Virus record (IMG/VR): IMGVR_UViG_3300030520_000004 | Reading direction: 5' to 3' (one strand) | DNA: 59,328 nucleotides | Source: an uncultured virus (IMG/VR IMGVR_UViG_3300030520_000004) | Lineage: Duplodnaviria > Heunggongvirae > Uroviricota > Caudoviricetes | Shown here: positions 46,366 through 55,135 of the stretch, one piece after another | How the letters are laid out: each line of letters opens with the position of its first letter | How positions within the stretch are numbered: the stretch's first letter is position 1 | Notes under the pieces: generated by a model | The model's database searches: none | Seen by the model: the letters and a program-made list of their open reading frames with translations, nothing else | What the model was told of the DNA's origin: nothing | Position numbers and translations under genes: made by a program

Positions 46366-46418
46366 GATGTCATCAGGTCAGGGGAGTTAGCCCCAGACCC
46401 AACCGGAAGGAACCGGCG

Positions 46419-47027
46419 ATGACCACCACCACGAACTACGGCACCTGGTACAACCACACCGGCTACAACACCAGCCCGGAAGGCGACATCCAGGACGCCA
46501 TCAATGGCGGCGACACCGACTGGCGCGAGCGCATGGACGCCGCCGGGAAGCTCGACGACATCGCCACCGACTACCGCAACGCCGTCCAGACCGCCCTCCC
46601 CGACGGCATCTGGCTCACCGGCGACGAGTTCATCGGCCCGCACCACAGCGACCCCGCCTACTCCGACGAGATCGCCGAGTTCGACATCAAGGCCGCCATC
46701 AAGGACATCGACTTGAACGGGATCATCGAGCGCCACGACGTCGACAACGCCGACACCGAGGCCCCACAGGTCACCACCACGGACGTTCGCACCCTCCTGG
46801 GTTCCACCGCCGAAGAGCCGGTGCTGTACCTCAAGCTGGACGACGACTCCGGCAACGCCGAAGAGCTGGATGTCTGGGCGCAAGCGCTCGTCCCCAGCGG
46901 CACCATCGTGATCACCCGTGTCGACGCCCTGGACCTCTTCGGCGATGAGCCGGACGACGAGACCATCGCCGAATACCTGCCGCAGGTCCAGGAGAGCGTC
47001 GACAGCCTCGTCGCCGACCTCACCTGA
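46419..47027 (+). CDS. Highly acidic protein, candidate anti-CRISPR/anti-defence
   Basis: AAGGA RBS; about 45 D/E against about 10 K/R in 202 aa (hand count); directly upstream of an Aca2-like gene. Confidence 0.7.
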   Translation: MTTTTNYGTWYNHTGYNTSPEGDIQDAINGGDTDWRERMDAAGKLDDIATDYRNAVQTALPDGIWLTGDEFIGPHHSDPAYSDEIAEFDIKAAIKDIDLNGIIERHDVDNADTEAPQVTTTDVRTLLGSTAEEPVLYLKLDDDSGNAEELDVWAQALVPSGTIVITRVDALDLFGDEPDDETIAEYLPQVQESVDSLVADLT

Positions 47028-47088
47028 CGACATCCAGCCCCAGCCCCCGGCCAACGCCGGGGGCACAGCTCTAACCTGGAGCAGCGCC

Positions 47089-47580
47089 ATGCCCGACTCG
47101 GCTAAGACCTACAGCGACCCGCCCGGCATGCCCGAGGACGAGCGCATGACCGACGCCGAATTCAAGGTCATCCGCGAACACCTCGGCCTCAGTGCCCCCT
47201 GGCTCGCCGCCCACCTCGGCGTGTCCGAGCGCACCGTCCGCCACTGGGAACAGGGCAGGTACCCCATCCCAGACGGCGTGCGCCTCGAACTCGAAGACCT
47301 GGAGAAGCACACCGGGGCCTTCCTCGACGGGGTCATCCCCAAGATCCTCGACATGCCCGAGCCCGGGATCCTCACCTACCGCACCGACGACGAATACCAC
47401 GCCGCCCAGCCGGAGATCGACTTCCCGGCGTCCTGGCACCGGGCTGTCTGCGCCCGCATCGCCCAGGAAGTCCCCGCGCTGTCCATCGCCTACGCCGAGC
47501 AGCGCGAGCCCAACTTCGTGCGCCTCGGCGACAAGACGGTCCTCCTGCCCGGCACCTACAAGCCGGGGCCGGGGCGGTGA
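47089..47580 (+). CDS. aca2: Aca2/YdiL (DUF1870)-like HTH regulator
   Basis: MTDAEFKVIREHLGLS...LGVSERTVRHWEQGRYPIPDGV..ELEDL...P..LTYRTDDEY....P.....W...V.A. Confidence 0.75.
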   Translation: MPDSAKTYSDPPGMPEDERMTDAEFKVIREHLGLSAPWLAAHLGVSERTVRHWEQGRYPIPDGVRLELEDLEKHTGAFLDGVIPKILDMPEPGILTYRTDDEYHAAQPEIDFPASWHRAVCARIAQEVPALSIAYAEQREPNFVRLGDKTVLLPGTYKPGPGR

Positions 47581-47589
47581 GCACCCCAT

Positions 47590-48456
47590 ATGAAGCCCCG
47601 CGACCTGCCCAAAGTCCGTGATCAACTACGACTGCACCTCACAGATCCCACCTCAGCTCTGCGCTCCGGTACCAGGGAGCACCTTCATGCCGGGTTCGAC
47701 GCCGCCGACTCCCACCTGTCCGTCGCGGGCCTCTATTGGACGTCCGAAGACATGAGCGCCCTCGCCGTGTCCGCCGGGACATCGCTGGCCGCTGCTCGCT
47801 GGGCCACCGCCGACCGGCCGTCCCCGACCGGCCTCATCGTCTTCAGTGGCGGAGTCGGAATGCTTCCCTTCCAGGATGTGGAGATCCCCGTCGACGCCAT
47901 GTCCTGGGGCCCCTACGACAACCAACTGCTGATCTGGTGCTGGCTCACCCGCAGCAAGCTGATCGAGAGCACCCGGAGCCCCAATTTCGATATCGTCGTG
48001 GACCGAACCCCACCCTTGGTGCCGATCCTCGGGTTCTCCGTACCAGTCGGTGGAGAACCGGTCTCCATGGCTGAACTCGATACCGGGACCCCCGCCACGA
48101 TCGTCGCGACCCTGACCGCCGCGTGGCTGCTGATGCAGCAGCCCCAGCTGGTCGACCATCACCGCGAGCGCGCCGACAAGTCCGTCCGAGCCGCCTACGG
48201 CAGGGCGGGCCGCGGCGAACCGGAGGTAACCGTGGTGGACCTGCGCCGCCAGTACGTCCCCGATGGCACCGACCGGGACGCCGACGCCTCGTCTCGGGCG
48301 TACCGGAACAGGTGGGTCGTGTCCGGGCATTGGCGGGACCAGGCGTACGGGCCAGAGCACTCCCTACGCCGACAGCAGTGGATTCCGGCGCACATCAAGG
48401 GGCCCGACGGCGCGCCGCTGCTGGCCACGGAGAAGGTGAATGTGTGGCGAAGGTGA
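47590..48456 (+). CDS. Hypothetical protein with a C-terminal W.V.GHWR.Q.YG motif
   Basis: RWVVSGHWRDQAYGPEHSLRRQQWIPAHIKGPDGAP. Confidence 0.75.
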   Translation: MKPRDLPKVRDQLRLHLTDPTSALRSGTREHLHAGFDAADSHLSVAGLYWTSEDMSALAVSAGTSLAAARWATADRPSPTGLIVFSGGVGMLPFQDVEIPVDAMSWGPYDNQLLIWCWLTRSKLIESTRSPNFDIVVDRTPPLVPILGFSVPVGGEPVSMAELDTGTPATIVATLTAAWLLMQQPQLVDHHRERADKSVRAAYGRAGRGEPEVTVVDLRRQYVPDGTDRDADASSRAYRNRWVVSGHWRDQAYGPEHSLRRQQWIPAHIKGPDGAPLLATEKVNVWRR

Positions 48457-48504
48457 CGCCGTGCCGCCGACGAACCGCCCGACCCTCGCACGTATGCTCG
48501 CCCC

Positions 48505-48750
48505 GTGCCCGATGACCAGCCCGACCTCGCCGAAGACCTTGTCCAACTCCAGCGCGACGTGTTCGCCGCTCAGGACGCGCTCAGCCGCTACGACGCGGGG
48601 CCCGACGACGACCACGACGAGCGGCAGCGGCTGCGGCAGGCCGAGCGGGACGCCGTCCTCGCGCTCCACCGGCACCCGAAGTACCGGGCCGGGGACTGGG
48701 CGGCGCTGCGGAAAGCCACCGGGGCACCCGAGGACCGGCCGAAGGAATGA
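48505..48750 (+). CDS. Small hypothetical protein, possibly leaderless
   Basis: TATGCT -10-like element 6 bp upstream of the GTG. Confidence 0.55.
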   Translation: MPDDQPDLAEDLVQLQRDVFAAQDALSRYDAGPDDDHDERQRLRQAERDAVLALHRHPKYRAGDWAALRKATGAPEDRPKE

Positions 48751-48793
48751 CGAAAGGCCCCCGCCCGGCCGAAGCCGAGCGGGGGCCATTCGT
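48750..48793. terminator. Bidirectional terminator between convergent genes
   Basis: ACGAAAGGCCCCCGC...GCGGGGGCCATTCGT. Confidence 0.7.
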
Positions 48794-48798
48794 AGGAG

Positions 48799-48999
48799 TC
48801 ACTGCGGCGTCGGCACCTCGAACGCGTGGCCGCAGTTCGTACTGGAGAGCAGCATGCGCTTCCCGTTGGACGCGTCGACGTTAAACGTCTGAGCATGCCC
48901 ACAAGTCGGGCACTGCGAGCGGGCCCCAAGGGGCTGCCCAGTCGAGTCGAAGAAGTTGCCGATCTTGTCCGCGCCAAGGGGGACGTACTGGTTACTCAT
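48799..48999 (-). CDS. Small Zn-ribbon protein
   Basis: CPTCGH...NCGH. Confidence 0.45.
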   Translation of the reverse strand: MSNQYVPLGADKIGNFFDSTGQPLGARSQCPTCGHAQTFNVDASNGKRMLLSSTNCGHAFEVPTPQ

Positions 49000-49060
49000 G
49001 AGACCAGAGTGGACCCACACCGACACAGCGGCCAGCGAGACCTCGGCCATCCGACGAGCG

Positions 49061-49930
49061 TCACTCTTTCGGGACCTTCAGCCGGTCCCACGACTCCTGC
49101 CCGGGCGGCCACGTCGCCGCCGCACCAGTGAAGCCGCACTTCACCTGCCACGCCTCGTAGCTGGCCACGTCGCCGGAGCCGATCAGGTTCTTGGCCAGAC
49201 TGGACCGGTAGTGGTCGCAGCCGACCGCGACCAGGCGCTCGTGCATCCGGCCGACGATGGCGGAGTCACGACCGATGTGGAACCAGGACGCGCCCGGGAA
49301 CGGCTCGTACTCGACGGGCGCGGGCGCGGGCGCGGGCGCGGGCTTCGGGGCCGGAGGCTTCGGCGCGGTCGGGTTCTGCCACTCCCGCATCGCCTCCACG
49401 CTGGCGAAGTTGGCGACATCCCGGTCGATGCCGCCGCTGACCGCGTACTGGTGAATGGTCCACGCGTGCGTCACCGCCGGATGCCCGGCCAGGGCGTCCG
49501 GGTCTGCGATCCACAGGGCGTCGCCGCAGTCCGAGGTCGTGTCGATGGTCTTCCAGAACGTCAGGTCGCAGTAGAGGCCCACACGGTGATCCGGCCGCAG
49601 AGCCTTCACCGCCGCGAGCATGGCGTCCTTCTCCGCCCCGGTGGCGTGGGTGCCGTCCTCGGTCGTCTCCCAGTCGATCCACAGCGAATCGCCGGGGACG
49701 GAGGCGCACTGGGTCACGAAGTACTGAGCCTGCTCGGGGATGCTGCCGCCGTGGAGGAAGTGGTAGAAGCCGACCAGCAGGCCAGCGGCTCGGGCGTGAG
49801 CGGCCTGGGCGGCTTGGTCGCCGTTGACCACGCTGGTGCCCTCGGTCGCCTTGATCAGGACGAACTGGGAGCCGGAGACGTCCGGCGTCGGGCCCTGGTA
49901 GTCGGCTACGTCGATACCGTTGATGGTCAC
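49061..49930 (-). CDS. Endolysin: GH25 muramidase plus C-terminal peptidoglycan-binding domain
   Basis: INGIDVADYQ, FVLIKATEG, GFYHF, WIDWE, IDRDVA; PAPAP linker; ADG-like PGBD (WPPGQESWDRL). Confidence 0.9.
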   Translation of the reverse strand: MTINGIDVADYQGPTPDVSGSQFVLIKATEGTSVVNGDQAAQAAHARAAGLLVGFYHFLHGGSIPEQAQYFVTQCASVPGDSLWIDWETTEDGTHATGAEKDAMLAAVKALRPDHRVGLYCDLTFWKTIDTTSDCGDALWIADPDALAGHPAVTHAWTIHQYAVSGGIDRDVANFASVEAMREWQNPTAPKPPAPKPAPAPAPAPVEYEPFPGASWFHIGRDSAIVGRMHERLVAVGCDHYRSSLAKNLIGSGDVASYEAWQVKCGFTGAAATWPPGQESWDRLKVPKE

Positions 49931-50217
49931 GGTGCGGTCCTCCTTGCTGCCAGCGTGCGGGTGAAGTTGTCCAGGCGGGCGTACTTCTGCTCGGTCGTGT
50001 GGCCGTCCCAGTCGGCCTCGCCGCGCGGGACATGGGCGAACAGCGGCAGATCGTCGGCGGACAGGTGCCAACTGAGCTGACCCGCCTCGGTCTCCACGTA
50101 CACCACCGGCCAGTCCGGCTCAGACGGGTCGAAACCGATATGCGACGGGTAGAGCGCTGCGAGGTGGGCTATCAGGTGGGCGCGCTCGCGGTAGGCCGCA
50201 GCAAGAGGATCGGTCAC
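49927..50217 (-). CDS. WDGH-motif hypothetical protein
   Basis: Y.ER..L...W.VVY.....GQLSWH...WDGHTT..KY.RL. Confidence 0.7.
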   Translation of the reverse strand: MTDPLAAAYRERAHLIAHLAALYPSHIGFDPSEPDWPVVYVETEAGQLSWHLSADDLPLFAHVPRGEADWDGHTTEQKYARLDNFTRTLAARRTAP

Positions 50218-50669
50218 GTGATCAGCCCCGGCACGTAGAGCTGCGCCGTCCAGTCCGCATGGCTCGCCGTGTGCGCGCCGCCATGGCCCCTATGGTGGAA
50301 GGAGCAGAGCCAGCGAAATTCCCCAGGCGAGGACTCCAGCCAGTCGGCGATCTCCTCGGCGGTGGCCGTCTCGGAGATGTCAGGGAAGTCCCGGTGCAGG
50401 GCGCGGGGATCAGCCGCGTTCGCCGTCGCGAACTCCAGCACCGCGTGATGGAGTTCCAGCGTTCCGGCACAGAGCTCCAGGCCGACGCGCTCGCCGACGA
50501 AGCAGACCGCATCCTTGCGGTGATGCCGCCGGAACGCTTCGAACGCCGCATAGTGCGGATCGTGGGCGCGGGGGGCGTGGTCCGGGAAGTGCATGACGTA
50601 GCGGTGGGTTTCCGCCTGCGGGTGGGCCGCGACGATGTCTACGGGGGCGTGCTCGTGTGGCTCAGGCAT
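50214..50669 (-). CDS. His-rich HNH-like protein
   Basis: P.H.PR...C...LELHH...E....WLC.FHHRG..G.H. Confidence 0.6.
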   Translation of the reverse strand: MPEPHEHAPVDIVAAHPQAETHRYVMHFPDHAPRAHDPHYAAFEAFRRHHRKDAVCFVGERVGLELCAGTLELHHAVLEFATANAADPRALHRDFPDISETATAEEIADWLESSPGEFRWLCSFHHRGHGGAHTASHADWTAQLYVPGLIT

Positions 50670-51492
50670 CGGCCACCACCAGCTGCTTATAGTCCACGTG
50701 CGAGCCGAGCATCTCCAGCGTCGACAGGTGGATCCGGTAGCTCCCGTGGTCGGCGAAAGCCGCCGACCAGGAGTTGCGGATCCGAGCCCAGGACTTGGTG
50801 CCCTCGATCCGGTCGACCACATCCAGGACCAGCTTCTCCACCGCGGTCAGGCAGGTCTCGTGACCGCCGGCCACACCCGAAGAAATCGCCCGCTCCAGCG
50901 ACTCCAGGCCGCCGTCGCCGTCAACGAAGCCGTCGCTGTCGGGCTCCATCCAGGCGTTGAACCACGGGCCGCCCATGATGAGCGTGCCCGCCTGGGCCAG
51001 GGAGACGATGTTGTGGATGCCCGACGCGGTCTTGTGGCCCTGGATCAGGCCCTGCTTCTCCAACTCGGTACACACGTACAGGCCGGTGCTGCCGCAGTCC
51101 GTCGGCGGCCACTCCTGCGCCGGGTCGCCCGTCTGGTCGGTGACCGAGTGGTACAGCCGGATCGCGAACTCCTCGTCCGCCACCGCGTCACCGGCCAGGC
51201 CGATCTGCGACAGGGCCGCGACGCCGTGGACGGCGGCGTACCGCTCCCCGAGGGAGACGGTGCCCGCGTTGCAGGTGCACGACCCGAGCGCGTCGACCTG
51301 CTGCGCGCCCGGGACCAGCGCCGAGGTGTCGATGCCCTGCGCCAGCAGATCCTCCTGGTCGAGCACGGGTATCGGCGGCTCATGGTCGACCTCCCGCAGG
51401 GCTTCGCCGCGGTGGAAGTGCAGCCGGTCCAGGCGCATGGGCTCGGCAGCAGCGAAGCGCCCGAACTTGGTGGGGGTGATGCCAGCGAACAC
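50662..51492 (-). CDS. Papain-like (C1-type) cysteine peptidase
   Basis: VLDQ ... LGSCTCNA (Cys), GGHETCL (His), IRNSW (Asn); GGAGG RBS. Confidence 0.75.
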   Translation of the reverse strand: MFAGITPTKFGRFAAAEPMRLDRLHFHRGEALREVDHEPPIPVLDQEDLLAQGIDTSALVPGAQQVDALGSCTCNAGTVSLGERYAAVHGVAALSQIGLAGDAVADEEFAIRLYHSVTDQTGDPAQEWPPTDCGSTGLYVCTELEKQGLIQGHKTASGIHNIVSLAQAGTLIMGGPWFNAWMEPDSDGFVDGDGGLESLERAISSGVAGGHETCLTAVEKLVLDVVDRIEGTKSWARIRNSWSAAFADHGSYRIHLSTLEMLGSHVDYKQLVVADA

Positions 51493-51519
51493 AGGGGCCT
51501 CCGGGGTGAGGGTGGACGT

Positions 51520-51550
51520 GAAGAAGCCCCCGGCCAGTGGCAGCGGGGGC
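51520..51550 (-). terminator. Stem-loop with U-rich tail between the holin genes and the peptidase
   Basis: Minus strand GCCCCCG...CGGGGGC followed by TTCTTC. Confidence 0.5.
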
Positions 51551-51567
51551 GGCAGTTCAGGGATGGG

Positions 51568-51924
51568 CTACGGGCGGATCAGGCGCTTCGGGATGACAGC
51601 GGACACGTGCAGGTCGTGAATCTCGCCGACCTTCGCGGCCACCACCGCCAGGTCCGCACGGTGATCCGCCAGATCCCGCCGGTGCGCGGCCAGTTCGGCG
51701 GCATGCGCAGCCTGGGCCTGGTCCTGGACGTCCAGACGGGCGTGCATCGCAGCCTGATGCCTGTCCGCCCGGCGCTTGAGCAGCTCGTACATGCCGAGCA
51801 CCTGCGGCGTGGAAATGATCACCTGGGCGTAGAGGTTGCCGGCCACCGCGGACCATTGGTGGGTCAACAGGTAGATGTCGGCCACGGCCAGCGCCAATGC
51901 GAGGCCGATCTTCCAGTGCTTCAC
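51568..51924 (-). CDS. Membrane protein (lysis cassette)
   Basis: N-terminal TM helix plus coiled coil. Confidence 0.6.
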   Translation of the reverse strand: MKHWKIGLALALAVADIYLLTHQWSAVAGNLYAQVIISTPQVLGMYELLKRRADRHQAAMHARLDVQDQAQAAHAAELAAHRRDLADHRADLAVVAAKVGEIHDLHVSAVIPKRLIRP

Positions 51925-52241
51925 TCGCCACCGCCGTCCCGCTCGCGCCGCTGCGCGCGGATCACCAGCCGGGCCTGCCACAGCATCAGCGCGGACAGAG
52001 CCACCAGCAGAACCGTCCGCACCGCCCGCAGAACCTCGGCCGTCGGGCCCGACGGCCACACCTGAAGCAGCACCGTGTACGCCCCAAGGGACCCGATCGC
52101 CGCCGCGACCGACATCAGCAGCCAGCCCACCTCCGACGACCGCCACGGGGCACGCCGGTGGTAGGTGACGATGAAAACCAGCACCGACACGCACACCAGG
52201 CCCGAGGCCACGGTATTGGCCCACTGAGCCAGATCCATCAC
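51921..52241 (-). CDS. Putative holin (3 TM helices)
   Basis: F..TYH..APWRSS.VG..LM; three hydrophobic helices. Confidence 0.7.
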   Translation of the reverse strand: MMDLAQWANTVASGLVCVSVLVFIVTYHRRAPWRSSEVGWLLMSVAAAIGSLGAYTVLLQVWPSGPTAEVLRAVRTVLLVALSALMLWQARLVIRAQRRERDGGGE

Positions 52242-52483
52242 CGCTCACCCCCCCGATACAGCTGATAGATCGACTCCGCGAAATGATTCCGGTCCCGCAG
52301 GTCCCGCAGCCGGTCCGCCGTCTCCGACACCTGCGGACTCAACACCTGGGCATCACGCAAAGCCGACGACGCCCGCACCAGGGCAGCAGACGCCTCCCGC
52401 TGACCCGGAGACACCACCCGCACCAACGACACACACGGACGCCTACGACGACGGAGCATCAGGCAGTCGAGCCAACGCTGCAC
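52238..52483 (-). CDS. Lysis-cassette hypothetical protein
   Basis: LRD.RDRNHFAESI motif. Confidence 0.55.
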   Translation of the reverse strand: MQRWLDCLMLRRRRRPCVSLVRVVSPGQREASAALVRASSALRDAQVLSPQVSETADRLRDLRDRNHFAESIYQLYRGGER

Positions 52484-52790
52484 TGGCCGTCACCCCCTGC
52501 GACACCGGTTGAGGCAGAGCCGACAGCACATGCGCCGCAGTCCGCGACAACTCCAACAGCTCCGCCATCTGACCCTGCAACTCGATCCGCGCCGCACACT
52601 CACGCTCAGCAGCGACCCGCCACGTATCACGCTCCGCCGCCAACTCCCGCGCCCGCAACTCGCGGTCCTCCCGGGCATCCTCCAACGTCCTGCGCGGCAC
52701 CAGCCGGCCCGTCAAAACCAGCAAGATCACCACCGCCAGGATCGCCGCAGCCGACAGTTGGAAACCGGTCTGGCCGAGGAACTCCTCCAC
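52443..52790 (-). CDS. Membrane protein with coiled coil (holin-associated)
   Basis: AILAVVILLVLTGRLVPR..LED...ERDTWR.A. Confidence 0.65.
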   Translation of the reverse strand: MEEFLGQTGFQLSAAAILAVVILLVLTGRLVPRRTLEDAREDRELRARELAAERDTWRVAAERECAARIELQGQMAELLELSRTAAHVLSALPQPVSQGVTASAALARLPDAPSS

Positions 52791-52807
52791 GGGCGCCCCC
52801 TCACGAT

Positions 52808-55126
52808 TCAGAGCAACTGCTCGACGCCGACCGGCGGCCAGGGTGCCCCGGACGGGTACTCGATCGCCGCAGCGGAGGTGAGGCTGCCGACGCACTCGGG
52901 CGACAGGATCAGGAACACATCGGACATGTACAGCAGCACCGACGACGCTGGCGTGCCGCCCAGCGTGGGCACCACATTCGCGTAAGCGGCCTGCGCGGGA
53001 GCCAGGGCCCAGTTCTGGGCGTGAGTCCAGGTGGCAGCGGTGAGGGTCTGCGTCATGCTGTCCGTCGACAAGTAGGTCTGCCCGGCGTCGAACCAGCTGA
53101 CGCTGAGCGAGAACTGGCTGTAGCCGAGCGGGCAGTAGACCCAGCCGTCGGCGAGGTACCACTGGCTGGCGCCGTAGAACGGGCCGCCGCCCTGGCCGAC
53201 CGGGAACAGTTCGGACGCGGCGTACGCCTGGACGGCGCTGCCCGAGGGTGTGAGCAGACCGGAGAACGCGTAGCCGCCGTGGGTCTGCGCGGACGACTGG
53301 GTGAGCGTGCCGCCCGACACGGTCCACGGGGTCACGCCTGACGTGAACGTCGAATTCGCGTTTCTCGGCGGATTGGCCTTGAGGGTCTGCTCGATCATGC
53401 CGATCGGCAGCTGGTAGTTGTTGTACAGCAGCGTGCTCGTCCGCTGGGCGCAGCTGTAGGCGTTCGGGTCCTCCCACGTGTGCCAGACCGGGCCGCCCGC
53501 GGTGGCGTTGTACACCGACATCGGCACGCACCACGTGGCCGCGACCACCACCCAGGTGCCACTATGGCGCAGAGATTTCAGTGGATTCAGCGGTAGCGGC
53601 TGGCCATTCGTCACACAGAACGCCAGGTAGTCCGATGCCGTTGCGTTCACGTGCTGCTGCATCACCACGTGATACGTATTCCCGCTGGTCAAGCCCGTGG
53701 CATACAACGGGACCGACAAGAGCGGGGCCGGCGTGAGCGTCGTCGTCCACACCACCGACGTCGGAATGTTCGGATTGACCAGGTCCCACTGCCCAGACCC
53801 CGTCGCGAACGCCCCGACCTGGTAGACGCCATTGTTCTCCCACGAACACTGATGCCAGGCCGACGACGGACCCTCGGCGGTCACCGTCAGAATCTGGGCT
53901 GCGCCAGTCGAGCCGCCCGAGCTGGTGTTTCCGGCCACGACCACCAAGGCGTTATCCGTCACTGCACAATCCCAGCCGGAACCGTAGCCGAAGGAGGCCA
54001 CCGGCAGGTTCGGGCCCGTCTGCCAAGCGCCGAGTGCCCCCGTCGCCGGGTTGATCGCCGCGTAGTAGACCGCAGATGAAGCGACGGCACTGCCCGGGCT
54101 GCCACCCGCGACGACGATCCAGTTCCCGAAGACCCCCACATACGAGCTGGCCAGGGGCGTCGGAAGGGAAGGCCCAGCCGTCCAGGAGCCCAACTGCCCG
54201 TTGCTGATCGTCGTCCAGTAGACGGCGCTGGTGACGACGTTGGAGTAATTCGCGCCGCCCAGGTAGTAGACGGCCGTGTCGTTCCACGTAGCGGCGGCGG
54301 CGTTCTGGCCGCCCGCAGGCAGCGCGGTCTGCGCCGACCAGGAGCCGATCAGCCCCGTATTGGCATCCCATGACGCCACCCACACATCCGAGATGACCGC
54401 CGAGCCCGTGTCGCCACCCATGTAGATCACAGACGACGAGGTGGCCGTCAGGGCTGCGTAGGCCGACCCCTGGGGCAGCGCGGGCTGGCTGACGCCCTGT
54501 GCCAGGTTCCCGCCGCCCAGGTACTGGGCCGTCGCGACAGCCGTGACGCCTGTCGTGGATGACGAGGTGGCGCTGCCCCCGGCGAAGATGAAGTAGCTGC
54601 CGCTCACGGTGGAGCTGTTGTTCTGGGCGATGCCGGTGGCATCTCCGGCTGGCGCAGCCCACGGGTTCTGGGTGAAGTTCAGGTTGCACGCAAGGGTGTT
54701 GGAGGCCGGAGTCTGGAGTGGCCCGGCCGCATTCTCCAGCCCGTCCACAGCGGCCAACTGGTTGATGGCGGCACCAGGCACGGCCGTCGCCGCGATAGGC
54801 GCCGAGGTCAGCGGTGCCCCGGACCCATTGTCGGGACACAGCGTCACGAGCAGGTCCGCCCCGTTGCCGACCGGGATGACAGGAATCACGACGCGGCCGA
54901 TCGACGTCCCCGACAGGACGAACGGCTGGTCCAGGTCGGTGATGTTGCTGTAGGTCAGGCCGGAGTCGAAGTAGGCGCCAGCAGTCGGCGCGAGCACCTG
55001 CGTGCCCTGGTAGATCGGCATGACCTGGTGCGCCGCCAGCAGCTGGTCGACCTGCGCTGACTGATTGGTGCTCGCCAAATGGCCCGGCAAGCCGTTCTCG
55101 CCGGCCTGCCACACGGGGGTCGTCAC
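52808..55126 (-). CDS. Minor tail / receptor-binding protein with Kelch-like propeller and carbohydrate-binding-like C-terminus
   Basis: Repeated W...PSLP...YYLGG / IVVAGG units; NSTFTSGVTPW...SSAQTHGG. Confidence 0.75.
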   Translation of the reverse strand: MTTPVWQAGENGLPGHLASTNQSAQVDQLLAAHQVMPIYQGTQVLAPTAGAYFDSGLTYSNITDLDQPFVLSGTSIGRVVIPVIPVGNGADLLVTLCPDNGSGAPLTSAPIAATAVPGAAINQLAAVDGLENAAGPLQTPASNTLACNLNFTQNPWAAPAGDATGIAQNNSSTVSGSYFIFAGGSATSSSTTGVTAVATAQYLGGGNLAQGVSQPALPQGSAYAALTATSSSVIYMGGDTGSAVISDVWVASWDANTGLIGSWSAQTALPAGGQNAAAATWNDTAVYYLGGANYSNVVTSAVYWTTISNGQLGSWTAGPSLPTPLASSYVGVFGNWIVVAGGSPGSAVASSAVYYAAINPATGALGAWQTGPNLPVASFGYGSGWDCAVTDNALVVVAGNTSSGGSTGAAQILTVTAEGPSSAWHQCSWENNGVYQVGAFATGSGQWDLVNPNIPTSVVWTTTLTPAPLLSVPLYATGLTSGNTYHVVMQQHVNATASDYLAFCVTNGQPLPLNPLKSLRHSGTWVVVAATWCVPMSVYNATAGGPVWHTWEDPNAYSCAQRTSTLLYNNYQLPIGMIEQTLKANPPRNANSTFTSGVTPWTVSGGTLTQSSAQTHGGYAFSGLLTPSGSAVQAYAASELFPVGQGGGPFYGASQWYLADGWVYCPLGYSQFSLSVSWFDAGQTYLSTDSMTQTLTAATWTHAQNWALAPAQAAYANVVPTLGGTPASSVLLYMSDVFLILSPECVGSLTSAAAIEYPSGAPWPPVGVEQLL

Positions 55127-55135
55127 AGTGCCTCC

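Noticed and set aside
48486..48501. Second SOS box (TCGCACGTATGCTCGC)
   Set aside because: Three mismatches to consensus; better explained by the -10 element of the 48505 gene
49315..49345. GGGCGC tandem repeat
   Set aside because: It simply encodes the PAPAPA linker of the endolysin
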